Source of the DNA: Octopus sinensis
Lineage: Eukaryota
Direction of reading: 5' to 3'
DNA length: 64,000 bases
Assembly: GCF_006345805.1 (NCBI RefSeq)
Contig: NC_043005.1
Span: 23,250,001-23,314,000 of the forward strand
The notes below the pieces were generated by a model. It was not told the DNA's origin, searched no databases, and saw only the letters and a list, made by a program, of their open reading frames with translations. A program made the position numbers and the translations under genes. Each line of letters opens with the position of its first letter. The stretch's first letter is position 1. Positions 1 through 13,234 of the stretch are shown in pieces.

Positions 1-400
1 GTAGTGAGATGCGGGTCCTGATTGCAGAGGGTGTGTGAAGACTAGGGAGGAAGGAAGCTTGTATGCTTTGCTGAATGTGTAATGTCAGTGTACATGTATA
101 ACACAGTGCTAGTGTGCTGAGAGCAATGTTAGACGTAAGAGGAATTAGCTGTGGTGTGCAAGAAAGAAGACAGAACTGTTTTGGTCATGTGATTTGTATG
201 GATGAGGACAGTTGCATAAAGAAGTGCTGATCGCATAAAATGGACCGAAGTTGGGTTAAAAGGAGACCAGAAAGACATGGGATGAAGCATTGAAAGCTGA
301 TCTCAAGTTACTGAACCTTACAAAGGAGAAAACGAAGAACAGAGATATCTGGTACCATGTTGTACTCAGGAAGACTCGTCCACCACAGCAGAACTGATAT
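1..400 (+). mobile_element. Degenerate RTE-clade LINE, 3' end of ORF
   Basis: Matches by eye the RTE copy at 44634-45035: degenerate ASMLRWMCN, GISCGVQERR, MDEDSC, RPRKTWD segments, with stops and frameshifts. Confidence 0.7.
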
Positions 401-1149
401 CCTAAAACCACCTTGGTAATGCTTGTCCATGAGGGCCCCTGCCCCAGCCACAGCTCCATCCTCTCTGCCTTGTCAACCATTTCCCCACAACATTTCACCC
501 CCTAATACCCATCATTTCTCTATCACCTGAGAGCAGAATAGGCACATACTACATCTCCCTGCTTTATCAGATACCTTCCTTCCCCCTCCCTGAACCACTG
601 CCATTTCCCATTATCTTCCCTTGCCAACTGCCTCCTCCTCTCTGTGTCTTCTCTCCCCTGTGCTGTTCTCCATCACTTATCTGCTATCACCCTCAATACT
701 TTCACATGTCCATCGCAACCCCCACTCTCTAGTCTCTCCTCTATTTCTCTCCATTATTTTACTACACTTACCTCTATCATGCCCTCTCACCCAATCCAAA
801 CTTTTATCACCCCACTTATTCTAATTCCCCCCCCCCACATCCCTTGAAGGCATGTCCCTTACACATCTTTGCCACCATCTCTCTTACTATTGCCCTCTTT
901 ATTTGACTCTCTGATTCACCTGCTTTCTTTATCTTACTCTCTAACTCACCCACTTTTCTCTTCCAACTAGGGTATCCATGTATCTACTCTACAGCAAGAC
1001 ACCTTTCTCTGTCCCTCTTTACCTTTAATCTCTCATCAAGTGGCACAAAACCACTCTACTCAATACTACTCCCAACTTCCAGTTGAGTGGGGGTTTGTCC
1101 TGCAAGTTACTTGATGACCCAGTCAGTAATGAAGCCATGTAGAAAGCAC

Positions 1150-1638
1150 AGATCTTTTCTGTTTTACTGCCACTTTTCAATTTCTTCAATTTTGTTCCTA
1201 TTGATTTCAAATTTGGTGTATTGATGTAGATCTGTATGATAATTATTGGCATGAAATTCATTTTTGCCACAAATTAAAAAAAAAAACAGTTAATAGCTTT
1301 TAAAGTTTGCAAATTTTGAGTAACTTTAACCAATCAAAAACCAGACATAAAGGTGCCTGTTTCAATAGTAACAAGCCAACCATTGGAGAGTTCCACGTAT
1401 GTTTATGAAAAACCACGTGTGTCTTACGATTGCAGTCACATACAAAATGACAGCTTCCAAATCCTGTTTATTGACTGGGTAAAAATGATCAAAAACCTGT
1501 GTAACTTTAAAAAAAAGTTTCTGAAACAAGTGAATTAGGCCCTGATATTCATCAAGAAAAATCTCATCAATACACCAAATTTCAAAATTTTCACTTAATT
1601 TTAAAATTTCAAAAAGTGCAACCAAACAGATAAGATCC
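1150..1638. mobile_element. Non-autonomous Merlin-like DNA transposon (MITE), copy 1, nested in an older repeat
   Basis: Imperfect ~90-bp terminal inverted repeats (agatcttttctgtttt... / ...aaacagataagatcc); flanking 8-mers gaaagcac (1142-1149) and aaaagcac (1639-1646); interior shared with 11668-12450 in the opposite orientation. Confidence 0.6.
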
Positions 1639-1879
1639 AAAAGCACTGTTGCTGAGGCCATGTAAAAGGTACTGGTGCTGGTACAACATAAAAAGCAACC
1701 AATGAACTCTGTAAAGTGGTTGGCATTAAGAAGGGCATCCAGCCCTAGAAACCATGTCAAAACAGACAATGGGGCCTTGTTTCTAGTGCTAAAGCCAAAA
1801 TCTCTTTGCACACCATAAAATCTATTGGAGTGTTGCCTAATATGACCATTGAAGCCGCCAGCTATGAATAATAAGGTAA

Positions 1880-2275
1880 TTTTCTTTTTTTATTGAGATA
1901 GTCTGCTGAAAGGATTCATAGAAACAGTCCTTCTGTTCAACAGCTTGTCCAGCATGTGGAGCATAGCAGAGATTTACATTATACAAAACTATTCTTAACC
2001 TGATAATCCAACCACATATCTTGACTACCTCAGTCTCCTTATCTCCCCACTTCTCTTCCAGAAGTATACCTACTTCATTACTAATTCTTTAGCCTGAAGA
2101 ATTTACTTCTATGCTGCTTACTCACAAACAGTCTAACTTAGAATCTCCACCATTGTATCTCTTGCATGCAACAAATATCTACATATCTATGTTCAAGACC
2201 TACTTTTCACAGTACTGACATTTATCATAGCTGTTCCAAGTTTTTGGATATCAGAAGATTGAGAGAGCACACAGG
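1880..2275 (-). mobile_element. RTE LINE apurinic endonuclease (APE) domain relic
   Basis: Minus-strand translation across frameshifts gives VDICCMQE, VGILLEEKW and AYAPxxG...KDxFY-like motifs of RTE APE. Confidence 0.6.
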
Positions 2276-2887
2276 TAATTGTGTTTAACATCTGTGATGA
2301 TGAGTACATTTTCAGGCACTTGTCTGGGGGTAGTGGGTTCTTGCACATGCCAGTGAAAGCAGGTATAGGTATATACGCATATACTACTCAATGTTTTCTG
2401 TTTCCCTCCAATCCCACAAAATTTTCAAGGGCAAGCATTAGCAAACAAGGGAGGATGGGGAAGGTGTGGGTAGGGCAGTCATAAGACACCAATCAGCTTT
2501 TAGTGATATTCAAGGTAGGTGTACCTTTTAATGCTCTTTCTCATCTACACATATATGTATATGAAATACATTTGTTCTTAGGCATGAAAGCTTATGCACA
2601 CATATATAATTGTAAATTTAAGTAAACTAACTTTGCTGCCTAAAAACATAATACTGTATGTATTGTTATGTAGACACCTTTGTAAAACTTTTCAGAAGCA
2701 TACATCCTTTTACACACTAAACATTCACACATATGTATGCATGCATGTGTCTGACTTTAACAAGAGTGGAAGGGACTTGTAAGGGGGAATAGTTTTAGTG
2801 GCTTAAAATAGTTTTAAGTCTTCACTTAAATAAACTCCTGAAAATATGGATTCATCTAGTGGGGATTCTGAAGCTCACATGCTTGAT

Positions 2888-3290
2888 CAGATGTGCTTAA
2901 TAAATGCAGTTGTTTATGAATCCAAAGTTACAGTAGTGCTCCAAGACAACTTAGTTGAGAAGAAAAATTACATTGGTTTATGTGAAGGCAATTTTAAAAG
3001 CCATTATGTAAACTGCCAGTCTTCTTTCTGACACATTGATAAAAATAAGGCCACTAAGTTGGCTAGCCATGTATGGTGTCTGAAGACCAACTGCACACTA
3101 CATACAATCAAGTGGAGAATCGTAGAGAAATCTATGCCATACATAAATGGCTCAAAGAGATGCAAGTTATGCACAGCTGAAAGATTGTACATTTTTTTAG
3201 GTCCAAGAATTCCACCACACAACTTAATTCCAGATCTGAAATTTTTACCAAGTGTAAGCTCATGAACAAGTTTCTTTTATTGAAGTGGAG
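2888..3290 (+). mobile_element. Penelope-like element GIY-YIG endonuclease relic (C-terminal end of ORF)
   Basis: ORFs 2846-3031 and 3059-3265 plus a frameshift give CLINAVVYE..NYIGLCEGNFKSHY..SF..ASHVWCLK..IKWRIVEK..PY..GSKRCKLC..ERLYI..LNSRSEIFTKCK..NKFLL. Confidence 0.8.
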
Positions 3291-3344
3291 GACACCACCC
3301 ACTTAGGATTGAGCAGCTATCTCACATAGACAAATATATATGGT

Positions 3345-3540
3345 TTGCAGGAGAGGAAACTGTATTGGTGTAAGTATGTGATCATATGGATGAAGATAGC
3401 TTCATAAATAAGGTCTGAGTGTTCAAATTGGATGGCAATTGCACCAGTGGAACAAGAAGGTTTAAAAAGACATGGGATGAACTGGTGAAGACCAATCTCA
3501 CATTTCTGAACCTCACAAAGGTGGTTATATATGATCACAA
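3345..3540 (+). mobile_element. Degenerate RTE LINE 3' ORF fragment
   Basis: QERKL.W, MDEDS and KKTWDELVK-like segments, as in 1-400 and 44634-45035. Confidence 0.5.
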
Positions 3541-3589
3541 CAACTGGTAATAAGCTGTAATAGAAACCACCACCCCACTCTCTGGGGCA

Positions 3590-4420
3590 GGTGGAGATGC
3601 TGCAATCACCTATAGATCCTTCTTTGCCTCTCTCTCACTGTTCTTATTACAGTGTTTCCATAACCAAGAACGCTTTCATCCCCTGCTCTCTCTCTCTCTC
3701 TCCTACTTCTATGGTACTTCATAGTAGCCTATGGAATTCTCCTCTTCCCTCTAGTCTATCTTTATCTCATTATTCTTGTTGCATCCACCCTCTACTCCCC
3801 ATCTCTGTGGTACCCTCTAGCCTCCCTTTCTCTTCCTTTGCATTCACCCATTGCTCCACCCCTATTTCTCTTTCTCTCATCATCTTCTCTCCACAGTCTC
3901 CCTGCTTGGGATACTTTCTCTGCATTCATATCTTACATTTTTCTTCTCCATTCTCTATGGTACATTCCATCTTCTCTTTCTCTCCCTACCTCTGTGATAT
4001 CCTTGAACTTCTCTCTCCCTGTTGGGGATGCTTTCTCTGCACTCATACTCTGCTCTCCCTTCCACCTCTATCATATCCACCAGCCTCTCTTTCTATCACT
4101 ACTCTCACTGCATTCACCCATCACTCCTCTGTCTCTTTTCCCTCACTGCATTCTCCCCACAGCTTCTCTTCCACTTCAGCATTTTCTCTTTGTTGACATC
4201 CCTTTCCCTCATACTTTTTACCTACACTCACCTTTATAATATGGGAGACCACAGGATCCTCCCAACACCCTTTATCTTACTACATTACCTTTATCTTACT
4301 ACTCTGTCCCTCCTTTTTTTACTAACCCCTGGCACTGATCCCTTCCTCCTTCCTTATGTCCATTATATACTCTCTCCTCTTATAGTGTATACTCTGTTAT
4401 TATCTCCTCTACCATACTTC
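3590..4420. repeat. Pyrimidine (CT)-rich low-complexity tract
   Basis: Strong C/T strand bias; overlapping Ser/Leu/Pro-rich ORFs in several frames. Confidence 0.8.
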
Positions 4421-4761
4421 CACAACTATAAATCTGTTCCTTTTACCATACTTTGGTATGATGAGAGTAGGCTAAAGTGGTCTGAAGTAGCCTAAAGTAG
4501 CCATAAGTAGTTTGGAACAATGTGGTGAGAAGTGCCTTGCTCAAGGGTGCAATGTCCCATCTGTCACTTGCAATCACGGATGTCTTAGTTGCATGTACTA
4601 TGCTTTTTCTAATTGTTTTAGGTATCAGTATAATCACAAACAGACATGAGATAAAGCTGTTATTTCTAGAAGATTGGGTGACCATGTAGAGACGTCCTTG
4701 TTGACTCATCCCATAAGAAAGTCAATAACATATTTATTATTGATGTTGCAGTTGTACACGA

Positions 4762-4768
4762 GATATAG

Positions 4769-4802
<34 letters not shown>

Positions 4803-4814
4803 CGTGTGTGTGTA

Positions 4815-4905
<91 letters not shown>

Positions 4906-4928
4906 ATGTATGTATGTATATATATATA

Positions 4929-4965
<37 letters not shown>
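4762..4965. repeat. Compound (TA)n/(TG)n microsatellite
   Basis: Direct inspection. Confidence 0.95.
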
Positions 4966-4969
<4 letters not shown>

Positions 4970-4999
4970 GAAATTGAAGGTCCATTACATTAAGAGCAG

Positions 5000-5960
5000 A
5001 AGATATGGCACAGAAAGAGAAGAGAAACTAAAGTGTAATTATTAATAGAAAACAATATTACAGGATTATAGATAGTGATATAGAAACCTTGAAATAGCTT
5101 TGGTTGATTACAACCTGTGATATGATTCGTCATTTCTGGATTTTAGAATATTTAGACACGATAGAAATAGAAGAAAATATTAGATATTATCAGATAAAGT
5201 AAGAATTTGTGGAATGGGAAACAAAAATAACTTATTCAATATTTAAGAAGTATTAACATCGATGATGGAATATTTTAGGGTGATTGCAAGTCCCTTTTGC
5301 ATTTTTATTTTATTCTATTTGATAAAAATGATACCATTAATATCAGTACTATGAACAATAAAGAATGGATAGAAGCATGCAGCATAAAATCAACCATCTG
5401 TTTATGGGTGATTTGAAGCTGTTTACAAAGAATGGAGATCAAATAGATTCCTGAGGGCAAACAGTCCATGATTTTAGTAGAAGATATTGGAATGGAATTT
5501 GTCATTAAACAATGTGGAGTTTTAATAATGAAATAAAGAAAGACAGTGTAATATAACATAATAGGATATGGTTACTAAGTAATGAAGTTATAAAAGAGAT
5601 AGGCAAAGAGGACTATAAATACTTGGATAGAATAGAGTTAGATAAGAGAAAGGAAGCCAGCAGGAAGGAATTAACTGACAGAATGTTTCAGTGGGTGAGA
5701 AGTGGTGATTAAATTTAAGCTGAGAAAGGAAAATAAATTTCTGGCCATTAACATATGGGTCATATCAAAATACTGTTTTTAAGGTATAAGGAATCCTAGA
5801 GGAGATTAGAGATGTGATTAACTGAGATAAGAATTTTTTTTTTTAAAACCTAAAACAAAACAAAACAAAAAAAACAAATAAGCAAACACAACAATAACGA
5901 CCTTATAAGGAGAATTGTATTTCCAAAAATGAGATTAGCAAGAACCTTCTGCAGAATTGC
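5000..5960 (+). mobile_element. Old R4/Dong-type reverse transcriptase relic
   Basis: Degenerate counterparts of motifs in the 28801-32400 element: W.DY...D..RHFWI, INHL-FMGDLKLF, DIGMEF, NKFLAIN. Confidence 0.65.
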
Positions 5961-7508
5961 AGGGAGTAGGGATGGCAATCATGGCTTTTCCCAATCAAGG
6001 TTGGCTGAAGGGGATTCCCTGCCTGGTCGGTATGGAGGAAACTTACAGAGGAGAGGAAAGGAGTGAAAGGTGGCTTTGTGCAGGATGGGAGAAGCAGCAG
6101 AAAGAGCCTCCTGCTAGTTATGGAGTAAGAGAGAGAAGTTAAGCTGGAAGCCAGGAGTAGATGATAAGCAGGGATTTGGCTGCTTCTACTGAGCCACCAA
6201 CAAGAGGGTGTTACGGTTCAGGGTCAAAAGACCCAATCAATCGATCGTTGATGACATCAATTCCTTCTGGCCAATGTTCCCATTCACTTTGGTGAATAGA
6301 AAAGAAGCACCTTCTTTTAGGTGTTGGCAATAATATGTCTTGTGTAAAAAGAGGAAGAAGATAACTGATTAAGAAAAATGTAAACAAGATGGGAAAACGT
6401 TTTTATTTATATTTTTTTTTGAGGTGGGTTGGGGTTAACAGCTTGATTAGAGGGGAGAGTAGTACTCATAATCTTTTTCAGGCATATGTAACTGATGGGA
6501 GAAAGGGCTGAAGTTAGTGTCAGACCATGGCCCTGACCTGAACACTTTTAACAGAGTGAATTCTGTTAAAGGCACCCAATGACAGATGGTGGTATTAAAC
6601 ATGGTGACATGTTAGGGTTAGTCATGTAGGAAATAATGTAGAATCTCAACTGGAAGAGCTGAGGTTGGTTGGAATCTAGATAAGACTAGAGGGTGTGTAA
6701 AGCCTGAAGAATTCAAGAAAAATGCCTTGAGAATAGAGAAGAAGAATTAAGAAACAGAAGAAAGTGCATAGAAAATTGTTTAGGTAGATGGATGAAAGTT
6801 TCAATATGGTTAAACAAGGTTTGGTATGGTTAGAGAATCAAACATAGAGTATGGGACTGGATTTTACAGAACAGGAATAAACTCTGAAAATAAACTAAAT
6901 CATGTTCCATAGAGATACAACCATTGAATTTCCATTGTGGAAATGTGTAGCAAAATGAGCCAACAAGGGTCACTCATCCTGCTAGAAATAGTAGGTCGCT
7001 GTTTGTAAAGGCTTCTTCATTGGCTTATTGCTATTGATAATGATGGTGATGGATGACAGTGATGACGATGGTGGTGGTGGTGGTAGTGGTGGTGGTGGTG
7101 GTAGTGGTGGTGGTGGTGGTGGTGGTAATGGCAATGTAGCAGTGGTGGGGATTGTGGCTATTGTTTAGATTCATGTCAAGCCTGGTTGAGCAGAAATATG
7201 ATCAAAGACATTTCAGTTACGACTTTTTCATCATTTCTGCAGACATACTGTACCTAGGACTACATTATCCAATGTGTTCTCCCTTTTTCAGGGAGGCTAG
7301 AAGTTGAGATTTGGTGGCTATTTCTAGCAGATCAAATGACCACACAATCTTCTTTCTTGTAATTTATGATTATCATTATCATTATTGTTGTTGTTGGATT
7401 TCAGATCCCATCTCATTGAACATACCTATGAATGAAAGCCTCCCAGCCATGACTGTTCCTTTTACTTTTACATACAAGGACTACATACATTTGCCAATAT
7501 CTATTCCT

Positions 7509-7734
7509 GGCAAGCTGGTAGAATCGTTAGCATGCCAGGTGAAGTGCTTAGCAGTATCTCGTCTGCCATTATGTTCTGAGTTCAAATTCCGCTGAGGTCG
7601 ACTTTGCTTTTCATCCTTTCGGGGTCGATTAAATAAGTACCAGTTACATACTGGGGTCGATGTAATCGACTTAACCCCTTTGTCTGTCCTTGTTTGTCCT
7701 CTATGTTTAGCCCCATGTGGGCAATAAAGAAATA
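7509..7734 (+). mobile_element. SINE family A (core gtcgactttgcctttcatcctttcggggtcgat..aagtaccag)
   Basis: tRNA-like head with B-box gagttcaaattcc; same core recurs at least 10 times in the window. Confidence 0.8.
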
Positions 7735-8131
7735 AATATTTATTCCCTTTAGTAGTTGTAATTGGAGAGAATTTGGTTGCTATTTCTAGCAGGTAAAACA
7801 ATCATATAGAGTCTCCTTTATTGGTTCAAGGTAAAGGCATGGTAATTTGTGATGGCAAAACAAGCAAGTTCTCAACTAGTAAAACCTGAAATTCTCACTA
7901 CCTCTTCAGGTAGTCTGTTAAAAATGTCTCGTTAATAAGTCACACAGCTGTCACAAACCAGTTCAGGTCAGAATATTTGCTATATAGATAAAAGATTTTT
8001 TTTAAAAATAAAACTCTCTGACTGAAATCCATTTAGCCTTATATAGTTATATTTCTACCAAGTATCAAGTAATGTAATGACAGAAATGGTAAGCTGTTCA
8101 CACTTAGTGTCTTTGGTTACATCCATTTATA

Positions 8132-8568
8132 GGCACAGGATTGGCTGTGTGGTAAGAAGTTTGCTTCTCAACCACATGGTTCCAAGTTCTATCTCATTGT
8201 GTGACACTTTGAGTAAGTGTCTTCTTTTATAGCCACAAACCAACCAAAGCCTTGTGAGTGGATTTCATAGACAGAAACTGAAAGAATTCTGCCACATATG
8301 CATATAAATATGTGTGTGTGTGTGTGTGTTAGTGTCTCTTTGTGAAGACATCATGTGATAGTTGTAAATGAGTGTCAGCATCACACACATGGTGTCCTTC
8401 ATTTCTATTCTTCCATAGAAAACATCTGACCATGGGGAAATATTATCTTACCTGGAAGCATGTAAGGGTTGGTAACAGGAAGGGCATCCAATCAAAGAGA
8501 TCCTGCCTCAGTAAATGCTGTCCAATCCATGTAAGCATAGAAAAGAGGACGTTAAGTGATGATGATTT
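8132..8568 (+). mobile_element. SINE family B (head ggc.caggagtggctgtgtggtaag) with (GAT)n tail
   Basis: tRNA-like head, shared body aaagccttgtgagtggatttggtagac, internal (TG)n. Confidence 0.75.
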
Positions 8569-8824
8569 ATGTTCTAAACTTAAAAACCTGCGTTTTTTCA
8601 TGGTTTCATCAGAGGTAGAATAGAACCCATAATTTTTTTCAAGTCCCCAGAGCTTGATAGAGAGAGAGAGGAAGAGAGGAAACTATTCATAGACCAGAGA
8701 TTTGGCAATAATACGACCACAGAGAGGGTGCTATTAAAGGAATGCAAGGACAAGGTGATGCTGTTAAATTAAGCAATGAATTAAGTTGACCATTCCAAAA
8801 CAAGATTGGTCTCTCTCTTTACCC

Positions 8825-9157
8825 TTACTCTTTTACTCTTTTACTTGTTTCAGTCATTTGACTGCGGCAAATCGACCCCAGGACTTTTTCTTTGTAAGCC
8901 TAGTACTTATTCTATTGGTCTCTTTTGCCGAACCGTTAAGTTACAGGGACGTAAACACACCAGCATCGGTTGTCAAGTGATGTGGGAGGTGGGGGACAAA
9001 CACAGACACACACACACATATACATATATATGACGGGCTTCTTTCAGTTTCCGTCTACGAAATCCACTCACAAGGCTTTGGTGCCACGAAGTGGGACTAA
9101 ACCCAGAACCATGTGGCTGGTAAGCAAGCTACTTACCACACAGCCACTTCTACACCT
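8825..9157 (-). mobile_element. SINE family B
   Basis: Reverse complement of the 13615-14050 copy. Confidence 0.8.
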
Positions 9158-10642
9158 ATGCAGTTTCTGTCCACTATATTTCACTTGTAAAGTTTTGGTC
9201 AATCTAAGGTTATGGTAAAAGACACATGCCCAATGTGCAACACAGCAAGATTGAACCCAGAACCACATAGCTGTGGAATGAACTTCTTATCCACACAGCC
9301 ATGTCTGCAACCACCTTAACTTTTCCTTGTTCTAGAGCCAAATGAAGGCAGTGGGTTTGCAAAATTGTTAGAGAGTTAGACAAAGTGCTTTGTAGTGTTT
9401 TTTCAGTCATTTTTACATTCTAATGTTAAATTCTGCTGAAAGGATTGATAAAATGAAGTACCAGTCATGTATTGGTGTCAGTTAGTAGAGAGAGAGGAAG
9501 AGGGTGCTATTAAAGGAATGCAAGGACAAGGTGATACTGCCTATATCCATCCCACCAAATTTGTAACCTAATGGCTCTGTTAGTAATTATTGTTCAAAGG
9601 TCAATAAAATAAGTAGCCAACTGCATCTTTCTCCCTCCACAATGATTTTTAGCCATCTAAGAAGTCACTGTCATCACTTAATATGGAAGATGCTTTGAGA
9701 ACAAAACGAAAAAAAAAAGAGAAAGCAGAAAAATAAAACAATAAAAGTTTCTACTCATATCTAATATAGCTTGTTGCCATTTATTGATATGGAACTTCAA
9801 GATAGCATCATGTACTGAACAGCAATATATGTTATTGTAATGAATTCCATCTAACCCATGCAAGCATAAAAAAGTGGATGTTAAAACAATTTTGACAATT
9901 GTGATGGTGGTGGGGGTGATGAGGATGTTGTGTAGTCCCGGTCGGCACCATTTGACCAGGTGTATGGCATATAGTCACTTGAATGACTAAGTGCTATTCA
10001 TAGAACTAGTGTTCCAGATTTATTGTGATCCTCCACCTGCTTGACTACCCCTGCTGTATGGTGGTGTATGATATGAAGTGCAACATAACAGGCTAAACAA
10101 ACTGTATTTTCTCCACTGTCCAATCTGTTCCTGTATTCCTGTAAGAGGGAACAAAGTAGACTTGGTCAGAATGACAGTTGCTGTTTCTGTTTATAATATA
10201 TTATAAATGCTGTAGAAACTAGAAACTGATGGCATGTCACAAGGATGGCAGCAGTAGAAAATATCTGCAAAGATGTGTACTCTTTTGGTTTTCAACTTAA
10301 AAACGCTTTTTGCTTTGTGGAATGATAGCACAGTTTCTAACTTGTGTTTTGAGTTAACTAGGGAGCACCTATGGCGTCATTTGACCCACTAGAAAAAGTA
10401 GTCAAATCTCCCTCAAATCCCTCTTTGCTGTCTTTAAAAAGAAGGGGAGGATATATTGAATAATGTAATGCTAGATGTTATAAGAAAATGGGAGAGTTGT
10501 GGCTGGGATTCCTTTGGTCAAAGATTGGCTGAGTAGGATTGACTAGGGTTAAAAAACATGATCTAACTGAGAGATTACCTTCATCCTTATCTTCCTCCTC
10601 TTCATCATCATTGTAGTTTTAATGTTTACTTTCACATAAAGT

Positions 10643-10850
10643 GGTGAGCTGGTAGAAACGTTAGCACGCCGGGTGAAATACTTAGTGGTATTTCATCTGT
10701 CTTTACGTTCTGAGTTCAAATTCCGTTGAAGTTGACTTTGGCGTTGACCCTTTTAGGGTCGATAAATTAAGTACCAGTTGCTTACTGAGGTTGATCTAAT
10801 TGCCTGGTCCCCTCCCCTAAAATTTCAAGCCTTGTGCCTAGAGTAGAAAA
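10643..10850 (+). mobile_element. SINE family A
   Basis: Same head and core as 7509-7734. Confidence 0.75.
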
Positions 10851-11667
10851 AAATGTTTACTTTGCATGCTTGCATGGGTCACATAAAACTATATTAGGGT
10901 AGTGTTTTCTAAGATTGGATGCCACCCACTTGTTTCCAAGTGAGACAATGATATCCCAGTCTACCAAACAACAAATAGTTTGGACATGTTTACTGGGAGA
11001 ACTAGAAACAAACAACACCATAAGAATAAAGCTTTTTGTTGATAAAGATCATACAACATGTTAAAACATGTCAAAAAGCCAGGACATGCTTTCATGGTGG
11101 AGTGCAAGCAAATCACTGAAGCCATTGTTTAAAATCAGCAAATGAACACATGTAAACAAGAAAATATGAACTCACTCACATGTGCACACATACAAGTGGC
11201 TGTTTTCAGTTTCCATTTACCAAGTCTTTGGTCAGCCTATGGCTATAGTAGAAAATATTTGCCTAAGGTGCCATGCAGTAGGACTGAACCTGAAACCATA
11301 TATTTGGGAAATAAACTTCTTAGGCACACAGCCATGCCTTTTATTTTACAAATGTCACAAGTTTCATGCAATCATTTTGTGCTTGTCTGTTTGCTTCAAA
11401 AAGATTCTTCTTCAAATAATGACTTTTATTAAGAAATGTTTTGTCATGTCATCAGGTTAGCATCATGGAACAAGAATGGTTCAGCTCCAGACTATAAATC
11501 ATTGAGAAGAATTACCTGGAGACACCATCTGCAATAAACATAATAACTGAATAAATGTTATCATGCATAATGTAGTGAGAACAACAAAAAAAAGTCAATT
11601 AATTAAAGTTACATTTCCTCTGAAGAGAAGTGTTAACATAGGATCCATAACTAATGTTAAAAATAGT

Positions 11668-12450
11668 GGATCTGTTTGGTTTGGTTGCCAGCATTTCAAA
11701 AATCAAAGTTTATTAAAAAATTTTTTATGTGGCACATTAGTATACTTTTCCAAGCTGAATTGCTGGAGCTATTTCACTTTTTCCAGGAAAATGTTTTTAA
11801 AAAGTTATAGAGGTTTAAAGTTCGATCATTTCCACCCAGTCAGGAAACAGGATTTGGAAGCTGTCATTTTGTGCATGACTGCACATTTTGTCAACATCCT
11901 GGGAATAGCACATATTGTCAAGAAAGAGTAAACAACATGCCTTTTGTAGTTTTAAGCATTATGATAGCATGAGATTTATCCAAAACGTTTTTAGGTATAA
12001 CACCCTTTTCTTGTAGGTATGACACAGTATCCTCCTCTGTTCTTTGTGTCCCCACCACAGAAGCAAGTTTACCAGAGCTTGCTGCCATAATCAAACAGTA
12101 TAATTTCCAACAGAACACAGCATCAAAAAGTCAATACATATATATATTTGTCAACACATGCTTTCTCGCAGACAAAAGAGTTCTCGGTTCTGCTTGTTAC
12201 AATGAAAACAGGCACACGCTTTCTCGCAGACAAAAGAGTTCTCATGTTATGCTTGTTACTATGGAAAGAGGCATGACTGTGTCTGTGGCTTATGATTGGC
12301 TAAAAGTACCCCAAATTTTCAAACTTTAATTGCTAATAACTCTTTATTTATTGATTTACATGATTCATCAGCCTATAAAAATGTATCATTACACTGAATA
12401 TGAAATTAATTCGAACACAATTGATACTGGCAGCCAAATCAAATAGATCC
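11668..12450 (-). mobile_element. Merlin (IS1595/ISXO2-like) deletion derivative with N-terminal transposase remnant
   Basis: TIRs ggatctgtttggtttggttgccag / ctggcagccaaatcaaatagatcc; 9-bp flanks aaaaatagt / aaaaaaagc (7/9); 58-bp subterminal tandem repeat at 12160 and 12218; minus ORF 11918-12118 contains TEEDTVSYLQEKGVIPK, resembling ISXO2/Merlin N-termini. Confidence 0.6.
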
Positions 12451-13012
12451 AAAAAAAGCTGTAGTTCTTACAAATTATTTAGAATGTAGCATGAAGATGA
12501 AGTCATTAACATGAAAGCTGGTGTAAAATTAATTGTGGTTTTAGATTTGATCCCACAATGCAGCGTTTTGGGTAAGTATTTTCTACTACAACATAGGTGA
12601 GTGAGTGGATAGAGCCGTTACAAAGTCAGATGAGATGTATTGTGGTATTTACTCTGGGATTTTGTACACTGAGTGCAAATCTCACATTGGTCAACTTTAC
12701 TTTTCATCCTTCACTGGTGAAAGTATTAGTGTCAGACAGGAAGTGTTTTGGTATTTATTCTGATTACTTCCATTCTGAGTTTAAATCCCACCATAACATA
12801 CTTGGGTGGTAGATTTAGTCTGTCATCCAGTTTAATACCCCCACCTTGGATGTATTTAGCAACAAAAGCCCAGTAAAGGGTCATGGACACTGTCCTTCTT
12901 TCCTGACTAAAATATAGAAACAAAACAACCAAACTCTTGTGAGCAAAATAACCCATCAGAAGGAGAGATGAGCCATTCTTAGGAAATACACTTAATTCGT
13001 CATCTGATTTAG

Positions 13013-13234
13013 CCCCTTTGATACCAATCTACCTGACACTTGCCCCGGTTCAATGGTTCAAACTTTCTATTTTTAAGTAATCTAGATTATAACCTTCTCT
13101 CACATTACCATGCTAATTAATGTTCCAAACTCCAGTTTAATAATGAATAAATTATTTTATGTTATTCTTCATTATTTTCAAAATTCATTGAATCTAATGT
13201 TATGCATTTCAACAGAATAATGATAAAGAAAGTG
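13013..13234. mobile_element. piggyBac-like MITE (degenerate)
   Basis: Same ~220-bp family as 18039, 27875, 37455 and 55552; right flank TTAA. Confidence 0.5.

Noticed and set aside
4674-5045. YI/CV-rich ORFs here and at ~17285-17840, 45241-45540, 45961-46820 and 53176-53681
   Set aside because: Translations of (TA)n/(TG)n microsatellites.
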